64,000 bases of DNA, from assembly GCA_047285805.1 (NCBI GenBank), contig JBJBCN010000003.1, forward strand, positions 896,001 through 960,000. Reading direction: 5' to 3'. This DNA is from Synechococcus sp. (GTDB lineage: Bacteria; Cyanobacteriota; Cyanobacteriia; PCC-6307; Cyanobiaceae). The notes beneath the pieces are model-generated. The model searched no databases and was not told the origin of the DNA. It was given only the letters and a program-made list of their open reading frames with translations. The position numbers were made by a program, and so were the translations under genes. Shown here piece after piece: positions 27,512 through 38,421 of the stretch (the stretch's first letter is position 1; each line of letters begins with the position of its first letter).

Positions 27512-30307
27512 ATGCCCAGCAGCAGCCCAACGGCCGACTCTTCAGAGGTGCCGCCCCTCGAGCAGCTGTTTCCCTTCAGCCTCGATGACTTTCAGCTGGA
27601 GGCGATTGAGGCCTTGAGCCAGGGCCACTCGGTAGTGGTGAGTGCCCCCACCGGCTCGGGCAAGACCTTGATTGGCGAGTACGCGATTCACCGCGCCCTG
27701 GCTCACGGTCAGAAGGTCTTCTACACAACGCCGCTCAAGGCCCTCTCGAACCAAAAGCTGCGGGACTTCCGCGAGCAGTTCGGGGCGGAACGCGTCGGTC
27801 TGATGACCGGGGACCTCACCGTGAATCGGGAGGCCTCCATCGTCGTTATGACCACGGAGATCTTCCGGAACATGCTCTACGCGGAAGCCGAGGCGGGCGA
27901 TGACCCCTTGGCCGACGTGGAGGCCGTGGTGCTTGACGAGTGCCACTACATGAACGACTCCCAGCGCGGGACGGTCTGGGAGGAATCGATCATTCATTGC
28001 CCGCCGTTGGTGCAGCTGGTGGCCCTCTCGGCGACGGTGGCCAATGCCGAGCAGCTGACTGATTGGATCGAGGCGGTCCACGGGCCGACCCGGCTCGTCA
28101 TGAGTGACTTCCGGCCGGTGCCACTGCAGTTCAGCTTCTGCAGTGCCAAGGGCCTTCATCCCCTGCTCAACGACGAGGGCACAGGGCTTCACCCGAACTG
28201 CAAGGTCTGGCGGGCCCCAAAAGGTCGCAACCGCCGCGGACCGAAAACCCCCAGGCCTCCGCAACCCGAGGCACCACCGCTGGCCTTCGTGGTGGCGCAG
28301 ATGGCGGAGCGGGAGATGCTGCCGGCCATCTATTTCATCTTCAGCCGACGGGGCTGTGACAAGGCCGTGCGCGATTTGGGCAAGGTCTGCCTGGTGACCC
28401 CACAGGAGCAGGCCCGCATCCAAGAGCGCCTGGATACCTTTGTAGCGGCCACCCCGGAGGCGGTGCGGGACGGCGGCCATGACGATGCCCTGTTGCGCGG
28501 AATTGCGGCCCACCACGCCGGAGTTTTGCCGGCCTGGAAGGAGTTGATCGAGGAGCTCTTCCAGCAGGGTTTGGTGAAGGTGGTCTTCGCAACCGAGACC
28601 CTGGCGGCCGGCATCAATATGCCCGCCCGCAGCACCGTGATCTCGGCGCTCTCGAAGCGAACTGAGCGGGGACACCGTCCCTTGATGGGCAGCGAGTTTC
28701 TGCAGATGGCCGGCCGAGCGGGTCGCCGCGGTCTCGACTCTCAGGGCTATGTCGTCACCGTCCAGAGCCGTTTTGAGGGTGTTCGCGAGGCTGGGCAGCT
28801 CGCCACGAGCCCTGCGGACCCCCTGGTCAGCCAGTTCACCCCTAGCTACGGCATGGTGTTAAACCTGCTGCAGCGCTACGAGCTCGCCAAGGCGAAGGAG
28901 CTTGTGGAGCGCAGTTTTGGACGTTACTTGGCCACCCTGGATCTAAGCGAGGACGAGGCCCTCATAAGCGAGCTACGTGCGCAGCTCGGCGACCTTACCG
29001 ACACCGTCGAGAACGTCGATTGGGAGGACTTCGAGGACTACGAGAAGCAGCGCGGTCGTCTGCGGGAGGAGCGCCGTCTGCTGCGGATCCTGCAGCAGCA
29101 GGCTGAAGAAACCCTGGCCCACGAACTGACCCTGGCCCTCCGCTTCGCCAGTGAGGGAACCCTGGTGAGCCTCAAGGCCCCGGTGCTGCGTGGCCGGGTC
29201 ACCCCTGCGGTGATCGTGGAGAAGCAGCAGGGTTCAGGCCAGTTCCCGCTGCTCTGTTGCCTCACCGACGAGAATGTCTGGGTGCTCGTGCCCTGCAGTG
29301 CAGTGGTCAGCCTGCACGCCGATCTCACCTGCCTGCAGGTCAAGGATGTCGCCTTGCCTGAGCTGCATCGCGCGGGGGAGCTGCGCCACGGCGACCAGGC
29401 CAGTGGCGGTTTGGCTCTGGCCGTCGGGCACATGGCCCGGCGCCACGACATGGTCACCCCCCAGTACGACTTGGCGGGCGAGGTCCAGGCCCAGGCACAT
29501 CTGGTGCGGGAGTTGGAGCTGGCTCAGGAGCTGCATCCCGCCCATGGCGCCGGCGATCGCAAAAAGCTCCGCAAACAGCGATTCCGTATGGAGGAGTTGG
29601 AGGCGGAGATCGCTGAGCGGCAGCGCGTCTTGCATTTCCGCGCCAATCGCCATTGGGAGACCTTTCTGGTACTGATCGACATCCTGCGCTTCTTCGGTTG
29701 TCTGGATGGCGACGAGGGTTTGGATCCAAGCGAGGTGGGCCGGACCGTGGCAGCTCTGCGGGGCGACAATGAGCTGTGGTTGGGGTTGGCGCTGATGAGC
29801 GGCCACCTCGATGAACTGGAGCCCGCCGACCTGGCCGCCGTGCTCGAGGCGATTTCCACGGAGGTCAATCGCCCGGATCTGTGGAGTGGCTACCCGCCGC
29901 CGCCCGCCGCCGACGAAGCCATGCACGACCTGCGCGGGATTCGCCGTGAATTGCAGCGGCAACAAGAGGCCGGCAAGGTCGTGATGCCGGTGTGGTTTGA
30001 AGGGGAACTGATGGGCCTGGTCCATGCCTGGGCCAAGGGCGTGAGCTGGAGCGACCTGATCGCCAACACCTCCCTGGATGAGGGTGATGTGGTGCGGATC
30101 ATGCGCCGCACCGTCGATCTTCTGGCCCAGATTCCCTACTGCGAGGCCATCAGCGAACAGCTGCGCACCAAGGCTCGGGCCGCCCTCAAGGCCATCAACC
30201 GCTTCCCTGTGCGGGAACCGATTGATGGGGGCGTTGCCGATGGCGACGGGGCGAATCCCGCCACCGCCCGCCAAGGCGAAGCAGCGACGCTTAATTCCGC
30301 GGCCTGA
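27512..30307 (+). CDS. Ski2-like DExH RNA helicase (HelY-type, DSHCT C-terminus)
   Basis: APTGSGKT, DECH, SAT and QMAGRAGRRG motifs; C-terminal DEGDVVR. Confidence 0.93.
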   Translation: MPSSSPTADSSEVPPLEQLFPFSLDDFQLEAIEALSQGHSVVVSAPTGSGKTLIGEYAIHRALAHGQKVFYTTPLKALSNQKLRDFREQFGAERVGLMTGDLTVNREASIVVMTTEIFRNMLYAEAEAGDDPLADVEAVVLDECHYMNDSQRGTVWEESIIHCPPLVQLVALSATVANAEQLTDWIEAVHGPTRLVMSDFRPVPLQFSFCSAKGLHPLLNDEGTGLHPNCKVWRAPKGRNRRGPKTPRPPQPEAPPLAFVVAQMAEREMLPAIYFIFSRRGCDKAVRDLGKVCLVTPQEQARIQERLDTFVAATPEAVRDGGHDDALLRGIAAHHAGVLPAWKELIEELFQQGLVKVVFATETLAAGINMPARSTVISALSKRTERGHRPLMGSEFLQMAGRAGRRGLDSQGYVVTVQSRFEGVREAGQLATSPADPLVSQFTPSYGMVLNLLQRYELAKAKELVERSFGRYLATLDLSEDEALISELRAQLGDLTDTVENVDWEDFEDYEKQRGRLREERRLLRILQQQAEETLAHELTLALRFASEGTLVSLKAPVLRGRVTPAVIVEKQQGSGQFPLLCCLTDENVWVLVPCSAVVSLHADLTCLQVKDVALPELHRAGELRHGDQASGGLALAVGHMARRHDMVTPQYDLAGEVQAQAHLVRELELAQELHPAHGAGDRKKLRKQRFRMEELEAEIAERQRVLHFRANRHWETFLVLIDILRFFGCLDGDEGLDPSEVGRTVAALRGDNELWLGLALMSGHLDELEPADLAAVLEAISTEVNRPDLWSGYPPPPAADEAMHDLRGIRRELQRQQEAGKVVMPVWFEGELMGLVHAWAKGVSWSDLIANTSLDEGDVVRIMRRTVDLLAQIPYCEAISEQLRTKARAALKAINRFPVREPIDGGVADGDGANPATARQGEAATLNSAA

Positions 30308-30404
30308 GAACCAGCCAGACGATTAGGAGAAGCCCGGCGGTGCTGCCCAGCGTGTAAAGCCAGTCGGCATAGGGCGTCCAGAACAGGGCGAAAGCTGCAG
30401 TCAT
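30291..30404 (-). CDS. Small single-TM protein, 37 aa
   Basis: MTAAFALFWTPYADWLYTLGSTAGLLLIVWLVLRPRN from ATG 30404; TM segment followed by a basic tail; 3' part of track ORF 30291..30632. Confidence 0.6.
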   Translation of the reverse strand: MTAAFALFWTPYADWLYTLGSTAGLLLIVWLVLRPRN

Positions 30405-30425
30405 CGGCGTGGGTAGCGTGGCCGC

Positions 30426-30863
30426 GTGATGAATCCGTCCCGCATCCGCATCCTTGCAGTGGGCAAGTTGCGCAAGAGCTGGGTGCTCGAGGGGGCGTCC
30501 ACCTTCCTCAAACGCATGCCGGGATTGCAGGTCCTGGAGCTCCGTGATGCTGGGATGGCCAAGGAGGCTGAGGCCATCCTGGCGACCCTGAAGCCCGACG
30601 AGCGCTTGGTGATCCTCACCCAAGAGGGACAAACGCTGGATTCGGTGGCGTTGGCCCAGCGCTTAGAGGGGTCCGGGTCGGAGCGCCTGGCCTTTGTGAT
30701 CGGCGGCGCCGAAGGGATTGACCAGGCCTTGAAGGCCCGCGCCAGTTGGCGCCTGAGCCTCTCGCCCATGACCTTTCCGCATGAACTCGCTCGGTTGCTG
30801 CTCCTGGAGCAGCTCTACCGGGCGATGACGATTCAGCAGGGCGGGCCTTATCACAAGCCCTAG
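30426..30863 (+). CDS. rlmH: 23S rRNA pseudouridine-1915 N3-methyltransferase RlmH
   Basis: [28 protein letters not shown] and PYH motifs. Confidence 0.95.
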   Translation: MMNPSRIRILAVGKLRKSWVLEGASTFLKRMPGLQVLELRDAGMAKEAEAILATLKPDERLVILTQEGQTLDSVALAQRLEGSGSERLAFVIGGAEGIDQALKARASWRLSLSPMTFPHELARLLLLEQLYRAMTIQQGGPYHKP

Positions 30864-30873
30864 AGGAAACCGA

Positions 30874-32169
30874 TCAAATTCCGAGGCGCTTCCAGATCAC
30901 ATCCAGGTTGGCCTGGTGCAGATCGGTGGAGAAGCAGTCCGCCAGTTGCTCGGTGTTAAGGCGTGAGGTCACTACGGCGTCCGCCTCCAGGTTGGCCCGG
31001 AAGTTGCCGCCCTCGGTGTTCCAGGCGGTGTGGGCGTTGCGCTGCACGATCCGGTAAGCGTCTTCGCGGCTGATGCCGGCTTCCACCAGGGCCAGCAGCA
31101 CGCGCTGGCTGAACACCACGCCGCCGTAGACATTCATGTTGCGGGCCATGTTGCCGGGGTAGACCCCGAGGCTCTTCACGACTGAGGTCATCTCCCGCAG
31201 CATGAAGTGCAGGGTTACCGAGCAATCCGGCAGCATCATCCGCTCGACTGAGCTGTGGCTGATGTCCCGCTCGTGCCAGAGGGCGCAGTTTTCGAGGGCC
31301 GCCACGACATAGCTGCGCAGCACCCGAGCGAGACCGCTGATCCGCTCGCTGCGAATTGGGTTGCGCTTATGTGGCATGGCGGAGCTGCCCTTCTGCCCCT
31401 TGGCGAAGTTCTCCTCGACCTCTAGGACGTCCGTGCGCTGGAGGTTGCGGATCTCCGTGGAGAAGCGCTCGAGGGCGGCGCCCACGAGGGCCAGGGTTTG
31501 TATGTATTCCGCGTGGCGATCGCGGGAGATCACCTGGGTGCTGGCGGTGTCGGGCACTAGGCCAAGCTTGGCGCAGGCGATCTCCTCCACGCGGGGGTCG
31601 GTGTTGGCGTAGGTGCCCATGGCACCGGAGATTTGACCGACGCTGACCGCGGTTTCCAGGCGCTCCAGGCGCTCCTGGTTGCGCACTACTTCGGCCAACC
31701 AGCCCGCGACCTTGAATCCGAATGTGATTGGTTCACCGTGGATGGCGTGAGAGCGGCCGATCATCACCGTGGCCTTGTGCTCCCGAGCAAGCACCCGCAG
31801 GGCGTCGGCCAGCAGATCGAGTTCCTGGCGCAGCAGCTTGACGGAGGCCTTCATCTGAAGGGCTACACCGGTGTCGAGGACATCGGAGCTGGTCATTCCC
31901 ACGTGGATGTGGCGACCGGCGTCACCCACGTGCTCGTTGACGTTGGTCAGGAAGGCGATCACGTCATGGCGAACCTCGGCCTCGATCTCGAGGATCCGCT
32001 CGACGCTGAAGCTGGCTTTTTCTTTGATCGTGGCTACTGCTTTTGCTGGGACACGGCCCAGTTCGCAGTTGGCTTCGGTGGCGGCAATCTCCACGTCCAG
32101 CCAGCTTTGGAATTTTGCCTGCTCGCTCCATATGGCGCCCATCTCGGGCAGGGTGTAACGCTCGATCAA
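30874..32169 (-). CDS. purB: Adenylosuccinate lyase
   Basis: MIERY, RHDVIAF and GSSAMPHKRNP signature; TTG start. Confidence 0.97.
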   Translation of the reverse strand: MIERYTLPEMGAIWSEQAKFQSWLDVEIAATEANCELGRVPAKAVATIKEKASFSVERILEIEAEVRHDVIAFLTNVNEHVGDAGRHIHVGMTSSDVLDTGVALQMKASVKLLRQELDLLADALRVLAREHKATVMIGRSHAIHGEPITFGFKVAGWLAEVVRNQERLERLETAVSVGQISGAMGTYANTDPRVEEIACAKLGLVPDTASTQVISRDRHAEYIQTLALVGAALERFSTEIRNLQRTDVLEVEENFAKGQKGSSAMPHKRNPIRSERISGLARVLRSYVVAALENCALWHERDISHSSVERMMLPDCSVTLHFMLREMTSVVKSLGVYPGNMARNMNVYGGVVFSQRVLLALVEAGISREDAYRIVQRNAHTAWNTEGGNFRANLEADAVVTSRLNTEQLADCFSTDLHQANLDVIWKRLGI

Positions 32170-32221
32170 GGCCGCGCCTGGCTCACATCAAGACCAATGT
32201 ATGGAATGGCCTTTCGGGGCC

Positions 32222-32452
32222 CTAGGCGACGCTGGTGAGCTTGTGGTGCTCGACCTCCCACTGCACAAGGGGCCCCCAGGCCTGCTGTTGGACCCAGCAA
32301 CGCCCTCCGCTGCAGCGCAACAGCTGGAACGGAGGCAGATCCGAGGGCTGATTGCGCAGTTTCACGAAGCTGCCCGGTTGAAGCAGCTCGACCACCTTCG
32401 GGTTATGGGAGTTGGGAGTACGGGCCACGGCGGTCCCCCGCGTTTGAGACAT
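32222..32452 (-). CDS. Small hypothetical protein (76 aa)
   Basis: Clean ORF between purB and tlyA; GSFVKL...DLPPFQL...GRCWV...QAWG. Confidence 0.7.
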   Translation of the reverse strand: MSQTRGTAVARTPNSHNPKVVELLQPGSFVKLRNQPSDLPPFQLLRCSGGRCWVQQQAWGPLVQWEVEHHKLTSVA

Positions 32453-32567
32453 CCTCAGGAGTGTTCCCAGGGAAAGCCTTTCAGCACCGGTTTTTATTCC
32501 GTTTCGCTTCGAGCTTTGTGATTAAACGGGCTTGCGGCACGATGCGGAGGTGCTGGGCCGCTGCCCG

Positions 32568-33401
32568 ATGGGTCGAAAGCGACGCTTGGATTTGCAGTTG
32601 GTGGAGCTGGGGCTCGTGGCCTCCCGCCAGCAGGCGCAGCAGCTGATCCGCGCCGGCAAGGTTCGCAGTGGTGATCGCATCCTCGATAAGCCCGGATTGG
32701 AGGTTCTGCCGGAGTTAGAGCTCCAGGTGGAGCAGCCCCAGCGCTTTGTCTCCCGGGGTGGTGAAAAGCTGTTGGCGGCGGTCGAGGCCTTCCCGTTGGC
32801 CCTCGATCAGCGGGTCTGCCTCGACGGCGGGATCTCCACGGGCGGATTCACGGATTGCTTGCTGCAGCACGGGGCGGCCCGTGTCTATGGAGTGGATGTG
32901 GGCTACGGCCAAACCGCCTGGAGTCTGCGCACCGATGAGCGCTTGGTGCTCAAGGAACGCACCAACCTGCGACACCTCCAACCGGAGGAGCTCTATGGGG
33001 AGGGGGACGTCTGGCCTGACTTCGCCGTGGCCGATGTCTCCTTCATCCGCTTGGCCTTGGTGCTTCCGGCCTTGGGTCGCCTGCTGCAGAGCGAGCGTCG
33101 CGAAGCGGTCTTCTTGGTGAAGCCCCAATTTGAGGTAGGGAAAGAGCGTGTCGGCAAAGGCGGTGTGGTTCGAGATCCCCTGGCCCATGCCGATGCCATT
33201 GCTGGGGTGATCGCAGCCGCCGAAGCCGAGGGTTGGCGTGGTTGTGGGGTGGTGGCCTCACCCATCACCGGACCCGCGGGGAATCACGAATACCTGCTGT
33301 GGCTGCGCGCTGGAGCCTGGGATGCACAAGAGCAAACCTCCGAAGCCCCGCCCGATGGGGAGGATATTCGGAGGTTGGTCGAGCTGACCATGAAGAGCTA
33401 G
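32568..33401 (+). CDS. tlyA: TlyA-family rRNA 2'-O-methyltransferase
   Basis: N-terminal S4 domain, FVSRGGEKL, STGGFTDCLL, LVKPQFE and GNHEYL motifs; start at ATG 32568. Confidence 0.94.
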   Translation: MGRKRRLDLQLVELGLVASRQQAQQLIRAGKVRSGDRILDKPGLEVLPELELQVEQPQRFVSRGGEKLLAAVEAFPLALDQRVCLDGGISTGGFTDCLLQHGAARVYGVDVGYGQTAWSLRTDERLVLKERTNLRHLQPEELYGEGDVWPDFAVADVSFIRLALVLPALGRLLQSERREAVFLVKPQFEVGKERVGKGGVVRDPLAHADAIAGVIAAAEAEGWRGCGVVASPITGPAGNHEYLLWLRAGAWDAQEQTSEAPPDGEDIRRLVELTMKS

Positions 33402-33402
33402 C

Positions 33403-33816
<414 letters not shown>

Positions 33817-33843
33817 CTACGGCGCAGTCCCAAGGCGGCTGGC

Positions 33844-33857
33844 GTGACCGTTGCTAC
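33844..33857 (-). promoter_or_regulatory. Candidate NtcA box upstream of glnB
   Basis: Minus strand GTAGCAACGGTCAC = GTA-N8-CAC, one mismatch from GTA-N8-TAC; downstream -10 is imperfect (TAGTGC). Confidence 0.45.
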
Positions 33858-33912
33858 AGCCGTGTGCGATGGGCTGCGATGCGTAGCATCCAACCTCAGG
33901 ACGAGCGCTTGG

Positions 33913-34317
33913 ATGACTGCGACCGCAACAACCCGTACTCCCCTCTACGGAGACCGCGCCATTGCTGAGGCGGAGCTGATCTGTTTCGACAATCCCCGGC
34001 CTGAGCGCCCATACGAAGTCTCGATCACCCTGCCGGAATTCACCTGCAAGTGCCCGTTCTCGGGTTACCCCGATTTCGCGACCCTCCGCTTGATGTATCA
34101 ACCCGGTCTTCGGGTGATGGAGCTCAAGGCGATCAAGCTGTACGTGAACAGCTACCGCGATCAGTCGATCTCCCACGAGGAGGTCACCAACCGGATCTTG
34201 GATGACTTCGTGGCGGCCTGCGCTCCGGTCTGGATGCAGTTGGAGGCTGATTTCAATCCCCGCGGCAACGTTCACACCGTGATCCGGGCCAGCCACGGCA
34301 TGCGTCAGCCCTGCTGA
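33913..34317 (+). CDS. queF: NADPH-dependent preQ0 reductase
   Basis: [28 protein letters not shown] and PRGN motifs. Confidence 0.96.
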   Translation: MTATATTRTPLYGDRAIAEAELICFDNPRPERPYEVSITLPEFTCKCPFSGYPDFATLRLMYQPGLRVMELKAIKLYVNSYRDQSISHEEVTNRILDDFVAACAPVWMQLEADFNPRGNVHTVIRASHGMRQPC

Positions 34318-35585
34318 ACCTCGGCAATCAGCAGCGGGAGTTCATTGGCCAGGGCGGTCAGGTTGCGGTTGCAGAGACCGGCCACATGCAGTTTCTCGTT
34401 GCCGGCTTCGGCGATCGCCCAGATCTGACGCGTTGCGATCAGGCTCAGGGCGCCGCCGGCCAGGGCGATGGCAAAACCGCCGTAGACCAGGGGAACCCCG
34501 GGGTCCCGTTTGAGCAGGATGCCGCTCGCCGGGATGACCCTCGCGATCCTTAGCGGGATCCCTTCCACCTCAACGGCTTCCCCGCCGGGGATGAGGTTGG
34601 CCAGGATTTCTGCCTCGGCCGAATAGGCCGTCACTGGACCCTGCTCACTGGAGAGGGCTAGGAGCACCGGGTTGCTGCCATCGGGCCGGGTCGGCAAGAC
34701 GATTCCCCAGACTTGTTCCCCGAGTTGGGGGAAGCTCTGGAGCGGCAGCTCCAGGATCGGGCTTTTGCCGAGCTGCACCTCCAGGGCGGACAGGGCCCAA
34801 TCCGCCTGGTAAAGGGTCATGCCGCGGTAACGCAGCGGATGGTTGACGCTGATTTCGGCGTTGGAGGCCGCCTGGCCCGGGCCGTGGGTCAATTTGAGGA
34901 GGGAGCTGAATTGCTCGGGCCGTCCCGCCGGGTCACGCTCCACGCCAAAGCGCTCGAGGCTGATGCTGACCTGGGTTTCACCTCGGCTGTTCATCAGCTC
35001 TAGTTCATTCCCGGGGGCGAGAAAGCGTTCCATCCGCTGGCCGCCGAGTGAGCCCCAGGCGGCGCCCACCATCAGCACGACCAGGCCGGCGTGGACCAGT
35101 AGGGGGCCAACCCGTCCGAGAACGCCCTTGCGGGCGGCCAGGCGGTCCCCGTGCGGTTGCAGTTCCCAGCCCCGGGCTTGGAGCAGGCCCTTTAGTCGCG
35201 AAAGGCTGGCCTTGGGGTCACTGACGTTGATGGTCTCAGCCAGGGTCAGCTTGCTCAGCTGTCTTGGGGTTTTGTAATCGATCCAGCGCAGGGCGGCCTG
35301 CAGCGCCGGCCACTGGCGGCGCCAGCTGCACAGGATCAGGGCGAGGCCCAGCCAGGCCAGCAGTACCAGGAACCAGCTGCTCGAATAAACGTGATCGAGC
35401 TGGAGCGACAGGATCGCGTCGCCATCGAACAGGCCCAGCCAGGGCTCCGCGTCGTAGATTTTGTGATAAAGCTCGGCTGCTTCCTTCTGGGGCACGAAGG
35501 TGCCCAGTCCGCTGGCCGCGGCGATCAGGATCAAGAGGCCAATGGCCACCCGCAGGTCGGAGATCCAGGCGATCAGTCGCTTCAT
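34305..35585 (-). CDS. ccsB: Cytochrome c biogenesis protein CcsB/Ccs1 (ResB-like)
   Basis: [32 protein letters not shown] and DPGVPLVY motifs. Confidence 0.93.
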   Translation of the reverse strand: MKRLIAWISDLRVAIGLLILIAAASGLGTFVPQKEAAELYHKIYDAEPWLGLFDGDAILSLQLDHVYSSSWFLVLLAWLGLALILCSWRRQWPALQAALRWIDYKTPRQLSKLTLAETINVSDPKASLSRLKGLLQARGWELQPHGDRLAARKGVLGRVGPLLVHAGLVVLMVGAAWGSLGGQRMERFLAPGNELELMNSRGETQVSISLERFGVERDPAGRPEQFSSLLKLTHGPGQAASNAEISVNHPLRYRGMTLYQADWALSALEVQLGKSPILELPLQSFPQLGEQVWGIVLPTRPDGSNPVLLALSSEQGPVTAYSAEAEILANLIPGGEAVEVEGIPLRIARVIPASGILLKRDPGVPLVYGGFAIALAGGALSLIATRQIWAIAEAGNEKLHVAGLCNRNLTALANELPLLIAEVQQG

Positions 35586-35631
35586 CTGGGGGTGGAAGGG
35601 CCGGAGTAGAGGTTTTGGCTGAACAGGAGGC

Positions 35632-36351
35632 TTAGGTCCAGCGGGCCAGGAGGGTCAGGCAGCCGGTCACGAGAAGAACGACACCGCTGATGGGCGGTAC
35701 CCATTGGCCTACGGAGCGCAGAGCGAGCAGCCGGGGTGCCCAGGCTGCGGCGGTGCCGGCCAGCAACAGCGGCATGACCTGGCCCGCTGCGAAGGCCGTG
35801 AGCAACGCGGCTCCGGTCAGGGGTGTGCCCGATTGAGCGACCCAGGCCAGCAGGACTGCTAGGACAGGGGTGGTGCAGGGGGACGCGGCCAGGCCGAAGG
35901 CCAGGCCCGCGGCGATCGGGGCGAGGGCCGGCGGGACCCGCTGACGCCATTGCTCTGGATCGGGGCCCGACGGAAGCTGCAGCGGCACGAGGCCGAGCAG
36001 ATTCAGGCCCATCAGGACCGCTAAGAGGGCCACCAGGGTCGGCACAACGCCTGGGACCTGGCCGTAGATCCGTCCCAAGGCACCACTGCCGAGGCCGAGA
36101 AGAACCAGAGATCCGATGATACCGCTGCAGAAGCTCAGGCTGCGGGCCCAGGGGCGCTGGGCTCCGCCATCAAAGCCAGCCAGGTAAGCCAGCGTCACTG
36201 GCAGCAGGGAGAGCGAGCAGGGGCCCAGGCTCGTGAGCAGGCCGCCAGCAAAGACCAATCCGATGGTGAGCGGTCCCGGATGAGCAAGTGAACTGCTCAG
36301 CAGCTGCTCACCACTGCGGGCCCAATCCGCTAGGGCCTGAGCCAGCATCAA
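35632..36351 (-). CDS. ccdA: Cytochrome c biogenesis thiol-disulfide transporter CcdA
   Basis: [12 protein letters not shown] and ASPCTTPVL motifs; multiple TM segments. Confidence 0.93.
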   Translation of the reverse strand: MMLAQALADWARSGEQLLSSSLAHPGPLTIGLVFAGGLLTSLGPCSLSLLPVTLAYLAGFDGGAQRPWARSLSFCSGIIGSLVLLGLGSGALGRIYGQVPGVVPTLVALLAVLMGLNLLGLVPLQLPSGPDPEQWRQRVPPALAPIAAGLAFGLAASPCTTPVLAVLLAWVAQSGTPLTGAALLTAFAAGQVMPLLLAGTAAAWAPRLLALRSVGQWVPPISGVVLLVTGCLTLLARWT

Positions 36352-36376
36352 AAGGTCCGCCGCGCGAGTGGTCAGC

Positions 36377-37573
36377 CTATCGGCTGTACTGCCGCTTGGC
36401 TTGCAGGCGGCGGTTGCGGTGGGGCATACCTGGTTCCAGTCCCGCGCCCTCGAGGGAGCAGCGCAGCAGCAGCCCGGCAGTGAGAAGGCTGGAGAGCAGG
36501 GAGTTGCCGCCGTAGCTGATCATCGGGAGCGGTAGGCCGGTGGTTGGCATGGCACCACTGGCCACGGCGATGTTCAGGATCGATTGCCCCACGAGCAAGG
36601 TGGTGCAACCGATCGCCACCAGGCGCTGTTGGTTGCTTCTGCAGCTGAGGGCGATGCGCAGGCCAACGAAGCCAAACAGCAGCAGGAAGACCAGCAGCAG
36701 CAGGGAGCCGACGTATCCAAACTCCTCGGCAAAGACCGCGAAGATGAAGTCCGTGGTCTGGATAGGCAGGTACTGGAGCTTCTGGGTAGAGAGGCCATAG
36801 CCCTCGCCCCAGAGCCCTCCGGAGCCGATCGCGAGCAGGCTTTGCACGAGCTGATAGCCATCCCCCTGGGCGTCCTTCCAAGGGTTCAGAAAGGACGTGA
36901 CGCGGATGCGCTGGTATTCGTTTATCGAGATACTCCCGATGGCTACGGCCAGACCCGCGCCGGCGGTGCCGAACATCGCCCAGAGCGGGAGGCCTGAGCC
37001 CAGGGCCATCAGCCAGAGCAAAATCCCGCAGAGGGAGGCCGTGCTCAGGTTGGGCTGCTTCAGGATTAAGGCCAGGGTGACGGCAAAGACCCCTAGCCAG
37101 AGCACCTTTTGATCATTGGAGATGCGTCTCCAATGGGAGAAGAGGGCTGCCCCCTGGAGGACGAGAAAGGGTTTGATCAGCTCGGTTGGCTGGATCTGGA
37201 TGGGACCGATCACCAACCAGCGGCTGGCGCCATTCACGGTGCTGCCGATCAGTAGGGTGAGGGCCACCAGCACGGTCCCCACCAGCAGGACTGGCCCAGC
37301 CATCCGGAGCCAGCGCCTCAGGTTGATGCTGATGCCGGCATAGAGCAGGCCCGAACTCGCCACCATCCAGATGGCCTGGCGCTTTATGTAATAGCTGGCG
37401 TCTCCCATCTCCCGGGCGGCCACCCACCAACTGGCCGAGCCCAGGACCGCAAGGCCTAGGAGGCACCAGATCGCGATCATTCCCAGCAGCAACCGTGCTT
37501 CTGCTGGCCAGTGCTCAAACGGCACGGGGAGCAACGGTCTTTTCGCGGGCAAGGAGGTGCGGAAATTAGACAC
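36377..37573 (-). CDS. ftsW: SEDS peptidoglycan polymerase FtsW
   Basis: NGASRW, QPTELIK, QPNLST, TDFIFAVFAEEFG and LPMISYGGNS motifs. Confidence 0.93.
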   Translation of the reverse strand: MSNFRTSLPAKRPLLPVPFEHWPAEARLLLGMIAIWCLLGLAVLGSASWWVAAREMGDASYYIKRQAIWMVASSGLLYAGISINLRRWLRMAGPVLLVGTVLVALTLLIGSTVNGASRWLVIGPIQIQPTELIKPFLVLQGAALFSHWRRISNDQKVLWLGVFAVTLALILKQPNLSTASLCGILLWLMALGSGLPLWAMFGTAGAGLAVAIGSISINEYQRIRVTSFLNPWKDAQGDGYQLVQSLLAIGSGGLWGEGYGLSTQKLQYLPIQTTDFIFAVFAEEFGYVGSLLLLVFLLLFGFVGLRIALSCRSNQQRLVAIGCTTLLVGQSILNIAVASGAMPTTGLPLPMISYGGNSLLSSLLTAGLLLRCSLEGAGLEPGMPHRNRRLQAKRQYSR

Positions 37574-37606
37574 CGACTATCCCGTATTTCCAGTTCGCTT
37601 GCCAAC

Positions 37607-37634
37607 AAAAAAGCCCGGCATGGCCGGGCTTTTT
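37607..37634. terminator. Intrinsic terminator after apcC (bidirectional shape)
   Basis: AAAAAA-GCCCGGC-ATG-GCCGGGC-TTTTT. Confidence 0.9.
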
Positions 37635-37656
37635 ATGGGGGATTCAAGTGAAGGAA

Positions 37657-37857
37657 TTAGTTACCCAGATTCACCTGACGGCGACCGGCAACGAGTTCAA
37701 CTTTAAGAATCTTCCCCCCTTGCTTCATGATCCGCTGCTGTTCAGCGAACCAGCTTTCGTAGGGCACCCACTTGGTGAAGAAGGTGTTCTGCAGCTCGCG
37801 CTGCGTACGGGTCTTCTCGGGAGAAGGGATGCAGGCGGTGATTTTGAAGAGGCGCAT
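37657..37857 (-). CDS. apcC: Phycobilisome small core linker Lc7.8
   Basis: MRLFKITACIPSPEKTRTQRELQNTFFTK...EQQRIMKQGGKILKVEL; start at ATG 37857. Confidence 0.97.
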   Translation of the reverse strand: MRLFKITACIPSPEKTRTQRELQNTFFTKWVPYESWFAEQQRIMKQGGKILKVELVAGRRQVNLGN

Positions 37858-37889
37858 GGCTTGATCCTCAGGTGTGCCAGAGGCAGGGA

Positions 37890-38378
37890 TCAATTACCCA
37901 GGCCGGAGCTGATGTAGTCGAAGTACACGCCCATTTCACGACCAGCGTCGGGGCCGACCAGGGAAGCTGTCACTTCTTTCATGGCCTGGATGGACTGGAC
38001 GGTTGCACCGATGGGCACACCCAGGGAGTTGTAGGTCTCCTTGAGGCCGTTAAGAACTCGCTCATCGAGGATCGAGGTGTCACCAGCCAGCATGGCGTAG
38101 GTGGCGTAGCGCAGGTAGTAGTCCAGGTCGCGGATGCAGGCTGCATAGCGACGGGTGGTGTACATGTTGCCGCCGGGACGGGTGATGTCGGAATAAAGCA
38201 GAGCTTTAGCGACGGCATCCTTGATGATGGCTGAGGCGTTGGCACTGATGGTGGCAGCGGCACGAACGCGCAGCTCACCGCTGGCGAAGTACTGCTCCAG
38301 ACGGCCCATGGAGGTGCTGTCCAGATACATGCCCTGAACGTCAGCTTGGTTGATGACGTTGGTGATTGCGTCTTGCAT
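37890..38378 (-). CDS. apcB: Allophycocyanin beta subunit
   Basis: MQDAIT...[24 protein letters not shown]. Confidence 0.99.
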   Translation of the reverse strand: MQDAITNVINQADVQGMYLDSTSMGRLEQYFASGELRVRAAATISANASAIIKDAVAKALLYSDITRPGGNMYTTRRYAACIRDLDYYLRYATYAMLAGDTSILDERVLNGLKETYNSLGVPIGATVQSIQAMKEVTASLVGPDAGREMGVYFDYISSGLGN

Positions 38379-38421
38379 GGAATCTTGTCTGAGGGGCGGT
38401 TATGTCAGGGAGAGAGCAGCC

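Noticed and set aside
37574..37656. Possible ApcZ-like sRNA downstream of apcC
   Set aside because: Only ~22 nt separate the apcC stop from the terminator and I cannot recognise a conserved motif; an sRNA starting inside apcC cannot be excluded.
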